Part shown: positions 36,876 through 48,969 of the stretch, piece by piece
How the letters are laid out: every line of letters starts with the position of its first letter
Numbering within the stretch: the first letter of the stretch is position 1
Assembly (NCBI GenBank): GCA_043228905.1
Contig: JBHGNT010000014.1
Coordinates: forward strand, 7,750,001-7,814,000
From: Azolla caroliniana
Lineage: Eukaryota; Plantae; Polypodiophyta
DNA: 64,000 bases
Direction of reading: 5' to 3'
Notes under the pieces: model-generated
What the model was told of the DNA's origin: nothing
Seen by the model: only the letters and a program-made list of their open reading frames with translations
The model's database searches: none
Translations under genes and position numbers: made by a program

Positions 36876-38197
36876 AAAGGGGTCGACTCGGGCAACGATG
36901 AAGCTCCCTTTGCAAAACTTCATGAATCCGTTCTGGATCGTACCTATGTAGCCTTCATCATCCAGCCGACCAACTGATATCAAGTTCAATTGAACCTCCG
37001 GAACGTGGCAGACATCCGTCAACAACAACTTGCACCTGGTTGACGTCGTCAACCACATGTCTCCATTGTCAATAATTCGGCATGCAACTTCATTTCCCAT
37101 CGGCACAGAACCATGATCTTCGGCTCTATACAATGAGAAGCATTTCCGGTCAAGGGTCAGTTGGAACGACGCTCCAGAGTCGACCACCCATGTTCTCTCG
37201 TCGCTGACAAGATGCAGCTCACTCTCCTTGGTGATTAGCAACAATTCTTCCTCACTTGTCACAATCGTCAGCGTTTCTCTCCTTTCCGAAATCTTCTTCG
37301 GTTCCGGAATGTTGGTTCCCCCCTTGGTTTTCCGGGATCGTCGGCAGTTCTTCTGGAAGTGCCCCGACTTTCTACAATAAAAGTCCCCCTTGACTTCGAC
37401 CTTGTCCCCGATTTCTCCCGGTTTTGAGGACTCTGAATATAGCCCTTTCCCCGGTTATGGTCATCTTCCATGACCAAGGCTTTTGGATCGGTTCCAGACT
37501 CCCGGTCCTTCCGGCAAGCTTCTTCATCCAACAAGCTTGATTTTACCCTTGCCAGGGACAAGTGTTTTCTTTCTGGACCGGCATTGCCCAAGGTGACAAC
37601 TAGCGTCTCCCAACTATTAGGGAGGGAACTGAGCAAGAGCAACGCAAGTACCTCGTCAACTAGAGGTACTTCCAGCGAGGTTTTTTTATTTATGAGCCCC
37701 TGAAATGCATTCATGTGTTTCGCCATGCTGGATCTGCCTTGGTACTAGAGTCTCACTAACTTCCGAAATACCAAAACCCTATTTACGACGTTTTTACTCT
37801 CCATCATGGCGACGATTTTCTCCCAGAGCACATGAGCCTTTCTCTCTTCATTGAAGTTGTTGTACAAGCTCATGTCGATGAAGCACCGGATGTATGCCAT
37901 TGTCTTTATATGCATCACCTCCCACGTCGTGGCATCGATCTTGTTCGGTTTTTGGTCCTGGAACTGTACCGACAGCTAGAGATATTTTACCATGAGCATG
38001 TCCCTCATCTTCGACTTCCACACTAGGTAGTTGGAGCCGGTGAGCTTGAACATGCTTCTGAATGACTCTTCCATTTTTCTTTCTTAGTTTGAAGTTTACA
38101 ACTTCGCTCTAATACCAGTTTGAGCGGAATAATGTTTGGCCAATAGAAGAAAGCAACAAATAGAAATGAGATTATTGCACTTACATAGTATGAGATG

Positions 38198-41100
38198 CGT
38201 TGAGAGTCAAGCTCAACATAGTGCAACGTGTCAACACACCTTTTGAGAATCCATGATTACTCAAAGGTCAAGAGTCACATCACTACTCTCTACACATTAA
38301 CTATGTGTCATAGAATCATATTCTATGACCCATAACTAATGAGTTACGTATTCCCCATGACAATGAGTCTTCACATTCCCCAAGAGAGAGAGTCGTTGTA
38401 AGTTAATGAAGAGAGAGGGTGACTCTATATAAAGCACCCTCCTCATACTTCCTACTAAGTCGGTTGTGACTCCTTATTATGCTACATTTTGTAATTCTTA
38501 TTCTACTTGTGAAAACACCTTCTTCTTGAGTATTCCTTTTTCTATCTATCTTGTGTTCTCTCATCTCTCCTCTAATTCCTCTCACACATACACATAACAC
38601 ACATCTCTTCCTCTACACAAGAATCATACCTGATTCTTTACATGGTATCAGAGCGATTTGGTAGCTCGATCTAGCCCACTCGCCTCTTCGTGATCGTGTG
38701 TTGTGCTCTATGCCGACGTTCAAGAAGAACTGGCTCATCGCTATCGTAGTACCACTACATAGCTCGTGTTCGAGAGAGAAGGAAAAGAAGAAAGGAAGCT
38801 TAATCGACAATGAATACTCAAATGGGGAGCGTTGTCCCTAGCGAGAAGTTGGACCGAAACAACTTCGCATGTTGGGAGTACAAGATGCACCAATACCTTG
38901 TCGGCTAAGGCTATTGGGGTTACATCAAGGGAGCACAAGAAAACTGACCCGACTCGAAAGACGCCGACTATGCAACGTGGGAGCAAACGGCAAGCCGAGG
39001 GAGACATGTGTTCACAACCACATGCTTGGGTACATTCGAGACGCTGAGACGCCGAAGGAAGCGTGGGAGAATCTACGAAAGATTTTCAGCACCAACACAA
39101 CCCCGAGAAAGCTTTAACTCCACCAAGAGTTGAACAACATCCAACAAAGGGATATGTCCATCACAACCTACACCTTGAAGATCAAGGAGCTCTATGACTC
39201 ACTCGGCTCGATAAGCGTCAATGTGGATGATGATGAGATGGTGCAAATATGCCTGAACGGCCTTGCACCACAGTTCGGCGCGATGAGGACCGTCGTACTA
39301 GAATGAGAGAATACACCCTCCTTCTTTGACCTTCAATCCATGTTGTTGGTCGAAGAAAACCATGTTCAAACAAGGAGAAACACCTCGAAAGGCCACATGC
39401 TCTACACGCATTCGGATGGAGGAAGAGGACGCGGTCGTGCAAGAAGAGGCCAATTTGGCCAAGGAATAGGTGGACAAGGCCCGACTTACGAAAACAACTC
39501 ACAATTTTGGCATTATGACGGAAGCCATCGAGGAACCTTCGGAAGAAGAAGGAGCTTCCATTCCGGTCCGAGCCGACAAAACTTGGTCGAATATGGATAT
39601 TGCGGAAAAATCAGTCACCACGAAGAAGAATGTTGTAAGAAGATACGCGAGTTGACTTCCACTAGCCGACAACTCACCAACTATGCCACCAACTCCGAGT
39701 ACGACGATTACGGTGGATTATTCGTAATGAGGACATAAAGCGAATTCTATGTTAGCCTCTACTTCTACTAGTGCCTCCGGTCCAGAAGACGTATGGTTCA
39801 TCGATTCTGGTGCCTCGAACCATATGACGTCGTATCAAGAATGGTTCCGAGAACTTTGAGAGCCGGACCAACCCGGCTATGTCGAAACCGGACACAACAC
39901 TACGCATCCGATTCGGCACATCGGCAATGTTCCGATTGGAAAAGAAGGTAAAAAAACTTACCTTCAAAATAGCTTACATGTACCAACTATCACGAAGAAT
40001 TTGGTCTCCGTCGGCCAAATTGTAGAGCAAGGAATGCAAGTTCGATTTAATCAAGGTGGTTGCTTCATCGAAAAAGAAGGCCGACTCATCGCACATGGAT
40101 AGAGAGATGGACAAATGTTCATTCTCGACTCATAGGAGATGAAATCGGCCATGTTAGCAAAAGGCACGAAAGCCGAGTCCGACATAGAGTTATGGCACAA
40201 GCGGATTGGCCATATCAACCTTCAAAAGCTCAAGGTGATACAATTGAAAGGAGTCGTCATCAGACTCCCGACCTTCAAAGAGAGAGAGATTGAAGGCATA
40301 TGTGCGGCTTGCCAATTCGGCAAGCAACATTGGCATCCATTTCCGAAGGAGAGGAATGTAAGCAAAGGCGTACTTGACGTAATTCATTCCGATGTATGGG
40401 GACCGGCTTAAACGATGACATTCGGCGGATGCCGATACTACGTGACCTTTATTGACGACTTCTCTAGGCACACTTGGATCTACCCGATGTGGCAAAAGAG
40501 TGAAGTGTTTGGACACTTCTAAAAATTCAAGAGTGGAGTTGAAAAAGCTACGAGTTGACACGTACGATGCCTTCGATCGGATGGAGGCAAGGAATATTTC
40601 TCGGATGAGTTTACGATGTATCTAGGGAAAGAAGGAATTCGGCGAGAGTTTTCGTGTCGACATACGCCACACAACAAAACGGAGTGGCTGAACAAAAGAA
40701 TCGACACATCCTCGAAATAGCACAGGCCATGATGAACGAAAAGCACCTGCCGAAGTCATACTGGGCAGAAGCGGCTAACATGGCCGTATACCTCATGAAT
40801 TGGTGTACGACATCGGGTGTGCACAAACTTACTCCGCACGAGAAGTTTTTCAGAAAGAAACCGGACCTATCGCATGTTCAGATATTCGGCTCCATTGCGT
40901 ACGTGCACATCCCCGACGAAAAACAACAAAAGCTCGACCCGAAGTCGGAGAAATGTATGCTTATAGGATACTCATTGGAGCAAATGGGGTACAAGTGCTA
41001 TAACCCCTCAACTCGGAAAGTTTGCGTAAGTCGAGACGTCGTGTTTGACGAGTCCTCATCCTGGTACATACTAGAGACAATTTTGACTCTGCTCGACCCA

Positions 41101-43365
41101 AAATCCGCCGAACAAGTGATAGAAGATGAAGATCACCTTACGCGCATGTTCGAAGAAAATCCGATCACGACCCGACTGAGTGGACCACGAGAGCCTCCAA
41201 GCGATCAAACCACATCTCAACCGAGTCCGAAGCTAGACAAAGGGAAGGCCAAAATGCCCGAGTATGAAGACGATCATTTCGACGGCATCGAATCGACTCA
41301 CTCCTTTGATAATGAGTTTAAAGGCCTTGACATCCGGACAAATGGAGTGAAGAAAGCCTTAGAATCCACAAATGAGAAGCTTCTCCGATCCACCCATGAA
41401 AAGAATCTCGTAAGCCGATTCGGCTACGATGAGTACATGGCGTACCATTACGCATTTATGATGAAGATGGCAACAGTACGGGAGCTGGAAACCTCTTCCG
41501 AAGCCGCGAAGGACCCGCGATGGATCGAAGCAATGAACGAGGAGATGCGTGCATTGCACAAGAACGAGACATGGGATCTCGTTCCCCACTCACCGCACAA
41601 GAAGGAAATTGGCTGCAGATGGGTCTACAACATGAAGTATAATGGCCACGGCTCCGTCAACTGCTACAAAGCTCAACTCGTAGCAAAAGGATATGCACAA
41701 AAACATGGAGTCGACTATGAAGAGACCTTTGCCCCGGTGGCAAAGATGACGACGGTGCGGATCGTAATTGCACTCGCAGCGGCGAAAGGGTGACACCTCC
41801 ACCAGATGGACATCAAGAACACTTTCCTCCAAGAAGAATTAGAAGAGGAGGTGTACATGGTACAACCTCCCGGCTTCAAATCGCGCATTCATCCGAAAAC
41901 CGTGTGCCGACTCAAGAAGTCACTCTACGGCCACAAGCAAGCACCGTGTGCTTGGCATTCGAAGATTACGCAATATCTTCATCAAATCGGCTTTCGAATG
42001 TTGAAATCTGACAACTCCCTCTAAGTACGACACGACTCTAGAAGCTTAATTGTCATGATCCTATACGTGGATGATCTGGTCATTGGAGGTGAAAGTCTAG
42101 TAGACATCAACAAGGTCAAGTCCCTCCTCTTCGGAAAATTCGAGATGACGGACATGAAGGAGCTCCATTACTTCCTTGGCATCGAAGTAATTTGGATTCC
42201 AACCGACATTATGATCTCTCAATGGCACTACATCCTCAACTTGTTATACAAGTTCGGGATGACTGAGTGCAAATTGATCGATACACCTCTCGATCGAAAC
42301 CTCGAACTAGATGCTAATTCCGGCACAGTCGAGTGCGAGCCGACCCAATATCGTCAACTGATCAGGAGCCTCATCTATCTCACAATCACTCAACCCAACC
42401 TTAGCTATCCAGTCGGACTCCTTAGCCAATTCATGCAAACTCCGCGAGATATCCATTTCGATTGTGCTAAGCGAGTATTATGATATGTGAGCGGCACAAT
42501 GGATTATGACGTTCTCTACACATCGGCCACACCAATACGACTCGAAGGGTACACAGATCGACGATCGACAATCGACCTCCAGATTTGTCTTCTCGCTCGA
42601 TAGCAGAGCAATATCTTGGAGTAGTAAGAAGAAGCCTACCATCGCACTTTTGAGTATGGAGGCTGAATACAGGGGCGCAACCATAGCTGCATGTGAAGCT
42701 GTATGGCTCAAGAGGATTTTGAAGGATCTGGGCGTTCCCATCAAGGATCTGACTCCCATTTACTGCGACAACATGAGTAGTATATATCTAGCTCGGAACC
42801 CGGTGTTCCACACACGCACAAAGCATATCAAAGTGCACTACCACTTCATTCGAGAGCGTGTTCGGGCCGGAGATGTCAATCTTCTACACATCAACATGAA
42901 TCTTCAGATAGCCGACATTTCACCAAGGCCCTAGGAGCCGACAAGCTTCAACAATTCATGTCAGACCTCGGATTGACAATCCCTAACTTGCCAAGCTTGA
43001 GGGGGAGTACAAGCAAGAACCATATACCGTCCGAACCGGGTACGAGCCGAAGCGAACAACGGAGATCGTCCGAACCGGATACCAGCCGAAGCAGACATCA
43101 ATCAAAAGGAACCGACCCGAGTTGAGCTTGAGGGGGCGTGTTGAGAATCAAGCTCAACATAGTGCAACATGTCAATGCACCTTTTGAGAATCCATGATTA
43201 CTCAAAAGTCAAGAGTAGAACCACTACTCTCTACACATTAACTATGTGTCATAGAATCATATTCTATGACACATAACTATTGATACATATTCCCCATGAC
43301 TATGAGTCTTCACATTCCCCAAGAGAGAGAGAGAGTGGTTGTTGTAAGTTAATGAAGAGAGAGTG
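38198..43365 (+). mobile_element. Cop8: near full-length copia element (5' LTR 38198-38642, PBS 38643-38654, 3' LTR from 43139, cut by a LINE)
   Basis: Perfect iMet PBS. gag-PR-INT-RT-RH fragments 38810-43000. PPT gagggggcg. The 3' LTR matches the first ~220 bp of the 5' LTR. Confidence 0.93.
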
Positions 43366-43545
43366 GTGGTTGTTCGAGGAATGGGTGAGGATCCTATCTA
43401 TCTCGATGAAGACCTCACCAAGATGCAAATTGAGCATCGCAAGAGTTGTATGCCAAAGGTTATGCAAGCTCCTAAAGAAGGGCATCGCGCCTTTTATCGA
43501 GATGGGCGAGTGATCATAAATGATCACACTACTAATTGACGGCGT

Positions 43546-46500
43546 GTGGCCCATGTGACAGAAAACACACTTAGGATGACCTTATGGAATTGTAACGGCG
43601 CACTCTGGGCACACCCCGGCCGCCTAGAGGGGATATTAAAGGAATCAAATATAGTTTGCCTAGTAGAAACACACCAAAGCCCAAATAGGGGACTCCCACG
43701 AGTCGAAGGATTTCGTTGGGAGTTGGCTTTTAGACAAACATCACGTCGATGAACTACCAGGGGATCTGGAGGTGTTGCAATATTGGTTTGGAGGGAGCTA
43801 CATAATAGGATAGAAATACTAAGCACAGACCCAAAAGCTCGTTTTATGTGGGTAAAAGTCTCCACAAGCAAGGACAAGGCAGTATTTTTCGTCATTTGTT
43901 ACTTCCCCCCGAAAGGCTCTCGTTATAATCTGGCTGGCGAGGCGAGATTAGTTGATGAAGGAGTGCCACATGGGCCTTCCCCATATGAACCTCTATCAGA
44001 TGACATAATCCGATATTCTTCCCAAGGAGAAGTATTCCTTGTAGGAGACTTTAATGCGAGAACCCAATCCCGACAATGCACAATATTTCAAATGAATAGA
44101 AACCTAGAAATGGTAAATGTCAATCCTATAGACATAGACACCACACGTAGATCAAAGGATCAAGGTGCGGATGCCACGAGCTTTGGCCATCATTTGCTCG
44201 AACTTGGCAGTCGGCACCAGATGGTCATATATAATGGTTTAGCCAAGTGGCCAGGTTCGGAAGAGCTCACATGTTTCCCACATGGAGGAGGAGAAAGCAC
44301 AATTGATTATCTAATAGGACGCCCTGAAGCTACCCACATGATTAACTCCTTCCGAGTGGCCCCATGTCCTATTGGCGCGGACCATAGTTTCTTATACTTC
44401 GAGCTAAAATGCGATATCTCTAACGTAACCAACTCTAGTCAACCACGCCATGACATCACAATACATTCCACACATGAGCTCTCTAACATATATGCTCAAC
44501 ATGTTCAAGCACATCTCTCCTCCCTTGATCCCTCCCTACCTTTAGAGAGCCTTAGTACGAAACTCACACACATCCTTCACTCTACAACAGTTAGTAGTTT
44601 ACCATTCATTAAACACTCCAATCAAGGTAAAGTAGGATCTATGCCACAAAATAGATGGTATGATGAGGATTGTAGGTGGTTACATAGACAACTTACAATA
44701 TCGCAACTCAGTGGTAGTATTACCTCAGTACAAGCTCGTAAAGAAATGCGCAAGATGACACGTCGTAAGAGACGAGCATGGGAGGCATCCCAATATTGGG
44801 AACTATACCATATGCTCATGAGTAGCGATTGTGCCACTGCATGGAAGAGATTACGGGAACCAAGACCACAAACACCCATCGAAGATCCTGAAACTTGGCA
44901 CACTTATACAGAGAGACTTTACCAAATCCCAAACCAACCACCCATTCCAATGCCTTCTACACCCCAACCTATTGTGGGAACACTCTTCACGACCTCTAGG
45001 GTCATGAAGGTCATAAAGAAATTACAACATAGGAAGTCCACGGACCACATAGGATTGTGAGCAGAACACATCATATATGCGAGAGAGTGCCTAGCTCCCT
45101 TGCTAACTCTAATCTTCAATCGTGCCCTCGCAGAGGGTTTTCCACCACAATGGACCATGAACACAGTGGCCCCCATACATAAGGGGGGGGACCCCATGGA
45201 CCCAAATACTTATAGGACCATTATGATAGGTCATACCCTTGCTAAATTATATGGTGCAGTAATGGAGGCAGAGCTTAGCGATTATATGGAGACCTTAAAT
45301 CTTCGTGCACCTGAACAGGCTGGCATTAGACGAGCCTTCTCCACTATTGATCATATCTTCACATTTAGATGCTTAATTGACCAGACTAAGGCTCGCAAGA
45401 AGAAACTATATTGTTGTTTTGTGGACTTCCGCAAAGCCTTGGACATGGTCCCTAGAGAGCGGTTGTTTGATAGGCTTAAGAGCTTGAGGATACCAGATGA
45501 CATGGTTTGGGCCATCTACGCACTATATGAACAAGTGTCTGTGTGTGTTCGATGCCCAGGTGGCATATCCGATAGTTTCACTAGCACTATTGGTGTAAAA
45601 CAAGGTTGCCCCTTGTCTCTGACTCTTTTTGGGATCTACATTGATGAGATCACAGATTTTATTGCTCGTAAGGGAGGTAATGGAGTAGTCCTTGGGGATA
45701 CGCATGTGCGTATCTTGCTCTATGCCGATGACATAGTTTTGCTCTCTGAATCCGAACACGACCTACAAAGGCACCTTAATGCCTTAGATGACTTTTGCAC
45801 ACAATGAGGATTGGTAGTGAATCTAGGGAAAACTAAAGTCCTTATCTTCCACACGTCGGCCCAAGTTAGAGCTAAGTGTCACATAACTATCTCCCATAGC
45901 CCAGTTGAGGTGGTTGGATCATATGTCTATCTCGGAGTCACTTTCAGTGCCCGCTTAGGTAAATTTTCGATGACACAAGTAGCGAAGGATAGACTTACAA
46001 GAGGACATACATCCCTCTCACTCCTCAAGAGACAATGCCACCAAGCATACTTCCAAGAGCCACAAACTAAAGGGTGGCTCTTTGACTCATAAGTGACTCC
46101 CTCTCTTATGTATGCATTAGCGGTTTGGGCTCCAGGACTACCGTCTTTCATGTGGACGCAATTAGAGAGACCATTGGTGATGATCTTATCACGCCAACTC
46201 TGAAGCAAATCGTCGCTCCCACATGACATTATTAGGGCTGAGTTCACTCTACCTCCTATGTTAGTAGAAGCACTTTTTCAACTTGTAGTCTTTATCCATA
46301 GGATACATAACCAACCGCAAATCGTCGGTCCCACATGACATTATTAGGGTTGAGTTCACTCTACCCCCTATGTCAGTAGAAGCACTTTTTCAACTTGTAG
46401 TCTTTATCCACAGGATACATAACCAACCGCAAATTTGTCGGTCCCACATGACATTATTAGGGCTGAGTTCACTCTACCCCCTATGTTAGTAGAAGCACTT

Positions 46501-47514
46501 TTTCAACTTGTAGTCTTTATCCTAAGGATACATAACCAACCACTTGATAGAATATACCATCAAGCCTTTAAGGCTTCTCGAGCACTATATGAGTCCGGCT
46601 ATACTAGCTCATGGTATGGCATGATGGTGAGTTGGCTTCTTGCCAACGGTCTAGACATTAATAAGCTCCTCCCCCTTAAGTATGACCACACGACTGATAA
46701 TACTTTAATCTCTCATGAGGACCGTAATAAAGTAATACGCCAAGAAATATGGCAAATTTATACTCGGTATAAATGGATCACCCCACTAGAGCCACTCCTA
46801 TCTAAAATGTCGTACTATAAGGAACACTTTATGCACTTCTCTAAGTTAGGTTTTTTCACGCGACCAAGATATCTAAATGTAATCTTACCACATGCACTAA
46901 GGGTTGCCATTGGTCAACTTAGAATTTCATCTCACCAACTTGAGATTGAGAATGGATGTACTAATGGAGTCCCTAGGGAGGAAAGGATATGTAGGTTATG
47001 CCACATAGAGATAGAGGATGAGTACCATTTTACATGCAAATGCCCCACCTATGCCGAGATAAGGGCAAAATACCAAGACATACTTGGTTCCTCTCCCACC
47101 CTCCCTAAACTATTAGATACGCTAGATATAAAGAAATTAGGTAGATACATCTTAGAATTGAAACAACACAGAGAGAATAAGTTACAAAAAGTTGATAATA
47201 ATGTTGCTAATGTTTACCAACATGTAACAAATGAAGTTTTTCAGGAACAGGGGGAGACAATGAATGTCGACACACTTGCATCACTCGGGCTTTTCCTTGA
47301 TGAAGCAGAAAATCAAAGAAGAACCAAACGCCCTTGGATGTCGGGTTTAAAAGCAACTCAACGAGATGTCGAAGCAATAAAGAAAATAAGGGAACGTGAA
47401 CTACACCGTCTAGAAGCCATGGCTAGGGCACTCTATGCATCGGGACCATGGGTCACACCCACACCAAAAACTTTTGATCTTCCACTTCTTTCTGAGAGAC
47501 TTGGGTGGAAATGA
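43546..47514 (+). pseudogene. LINE ORF2 (endonuclease-RT-Cys/His domain), disrupted
   Basis: ORFs 43546-43752, 43783-45060, 45100-45807, 45811-46092 and 46435-47514, separated by single stops and a triplication. Confidence 0.9.
46205..46541 (+). repeat. 112-bp tandem triplication inside LINE ORF2
   Basis: Near-identical units start at 46205, 46317 and 46429. Confidence 0.95.
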
Positions 47515-47660
47515 GATTAGGCTTAGTGCAAAGTTTTGTGCACTACTAGAACTCTCTTAGCTTAAGCTATTTTCTTTTATTTTAGTTTTGATGATTGGAT
47601 AAACACTAATTTTTGTTGTAACCCAATTGTCTCATGGGCCAAATTTGGCCTTAGAAGATG

Positions 47661-47964
47661 TTAATATATCTTTCTTTCTTTCTCTCTCTCTTTGCAATAG
47701 TAATAATAATAATAACTCTAAAGACAACATACAGTGATTGCCTCAAGTCATATTTATACTTATATGACTTTAGGACTATTTACAAATATGGCCATGACAA
47801 GCACTCTCGAAACATATTTACAGATATGTCCCTGGATCCGATTCACACCGAATTCATCCAGATACCTTCCGGATTGGTCCGGTCCGGTTCTTTACTTCGG
47901 CTCGTCCGATCTAGCTTGTCCGGTTCTCATTCGGATCCCATCCGGAGGGATCGAATTCCCAACA
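47661..47964 (-). mobile_element. U3 part of a Tork-like copia LTR, probably the rest of the Cop7 5' LTR
   Basis: aagtcatatttatac..tatgactt..ctatttacaaatat and the terminal ccggaggga..cccaaca match the Cop1 and Cop11 LTRs. Confidence 0.8.
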
Positions 47965-48333
47965 CATGTACGCTATTGGTTTGTCTTCTAAAAGCCTATA
48001 CACATAATCGTAATCATCTAGTCTTGCATAAAAAATACCTTCGATGTAGAATGTTCAGGCATATACAAAATTTCCCCAAGCATCTACGAGTTTGTGCGTT
48101 CCACACTATTTACAAACTGTGCACTTCAATATATCGAAATCAACACCCTCTAAATTTCCTTCTTTTGCATTTACAACGAAATTATCCCCAAGTTTTAAGA
48201 CATCACTCAATGTATATCCACGTCCCTGATATGTGAAGTCAACATTCTTTTTTGTTTCTCCATCAATTGCTTCCTTATCATTCAATGTAAGGCACTCCCA
48301 ATTCTGAATATATGCGTTGTTTAAACAATACTG
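47965..48333 (-). pseudogene. Decayed coding fragment of non-retroelement type (possibly a DNA-transposon C-terminal domain)
   Basis: Manual translation YCLNNAYIQNWECLTL..DVLKLGDNFVVNAKEGNLEGVDFDILKC..DAWG../IEGIFYARL..YRLLEDKPIAYM, with one stop and one frameshift. Confidence 0.45.
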
Positions 48334-48960
48334 ATGAAGAGATAGAGAAAAATGATAGAGAAGAGAGGAGGAGGAAAAAAGAATGTTTCAATATACTAAT
48401 AAGAAAAGAATACAATACTCTTATACTCTAAGGGTAACAAAAACCAAATAACTACTTAAATATAATATTAGACAAAAAAGTCTTTCCTTCTTCACCCTTT
48501 CTTCTACTAAGCTTCTTATAACCCTCTTATTCTTTCTCCCTTCTTCTTGTAGATAATCTATCCTCCCCTTTTGCTAAGGATACCCTCATATTTATAGGTT
48601 TCTAGTTGCAATATTCTTGCTTTTTTCTTTTCTTTTCTTTTACATATCGTCGAGTTTGTGTGGTGTTTTTTTCATATCATTATTTTTGTTTTGTCATCAA
48701 AATTGGTCATACAAGAAAGCTCTCTTTGTCAGCTTTCTTATGAATCTTTTCTTTTGAAATTTGGATAAGAGATGAAGTTATGAGCTTTTTTCTCTACCTT
48801 GCTTTTTCTACTTAATTTCCTACGTTTTTCTTCAAGTTTTTCTATTTTTGAAAAACACCTCTAACTTTATTTCTCTTCAATTTCATTTATCTTTTAACTC
48901 TTGGACCTTTCACATTGTGCTTTATTCTTCTATACCTTCGCATCCAATGTATTTGTCACG
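48332..48960 (-). other. AT-rich LTR-like segment, boundaries uncertain
   Basis: GA-rich end starting tgatg. cctataaata on the minus strand near 48590. No ORF. Confidence 0.3.
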
Positions 48961-48969
48961 GTCTTTTCC

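Larger units (their letters stand above)
34619..36885 (+). mobile_element. Gyp2: 5' part of a probable gypsy-type element (LTR 34619-35357, PBS-like tggttcccacc 35359-35369, gag-like ORF)
   Basis: TG..CA AT-rich block followed by TGG. ORFs 35358-35897 and 35898-36885 (FNGNDVSRYLRDY..W..F..AL, retrotransposon gag-like) with an acidic repetitive tail. Confidence 0.6.
33953..38197 (-). mobile_element. Cop7: Tnt1/Tork-like copia remnant (RT 33953-34618, gag-PR 36885-38075, PBS 38106-38117, LTR start 38121-38197)
   Basis: Collinear with Cop11. PBS tggtattagagc. The integrase is missing and replaced by Gyp2. Confidence 0.85.
43370..47650 (+). mobile_element. LINE (RTE-X/CR1-like architecture), 5'-truncated: ORF1 tail plus ORF2
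   Basis: ORF1 tail IYLDEDLT..AFYRDGRVIIND (43375-43539). APE endonuclease (WNCNG, LVET, GDFNAR, IDY, ADH). RT (GVKQGCPLS, LYADD). C-terminal ERICRLC..EDEYHF..C. Confidence 0.92.

Noticed and set aside
38193-47660. agatg (38193-38197 and 47656-47660) as the TSD of Cop8
   Set aside because: The Cop8 3' LTR is incomplete and the host LTR seems to lack its middle, so a 5-bp match may be chance.
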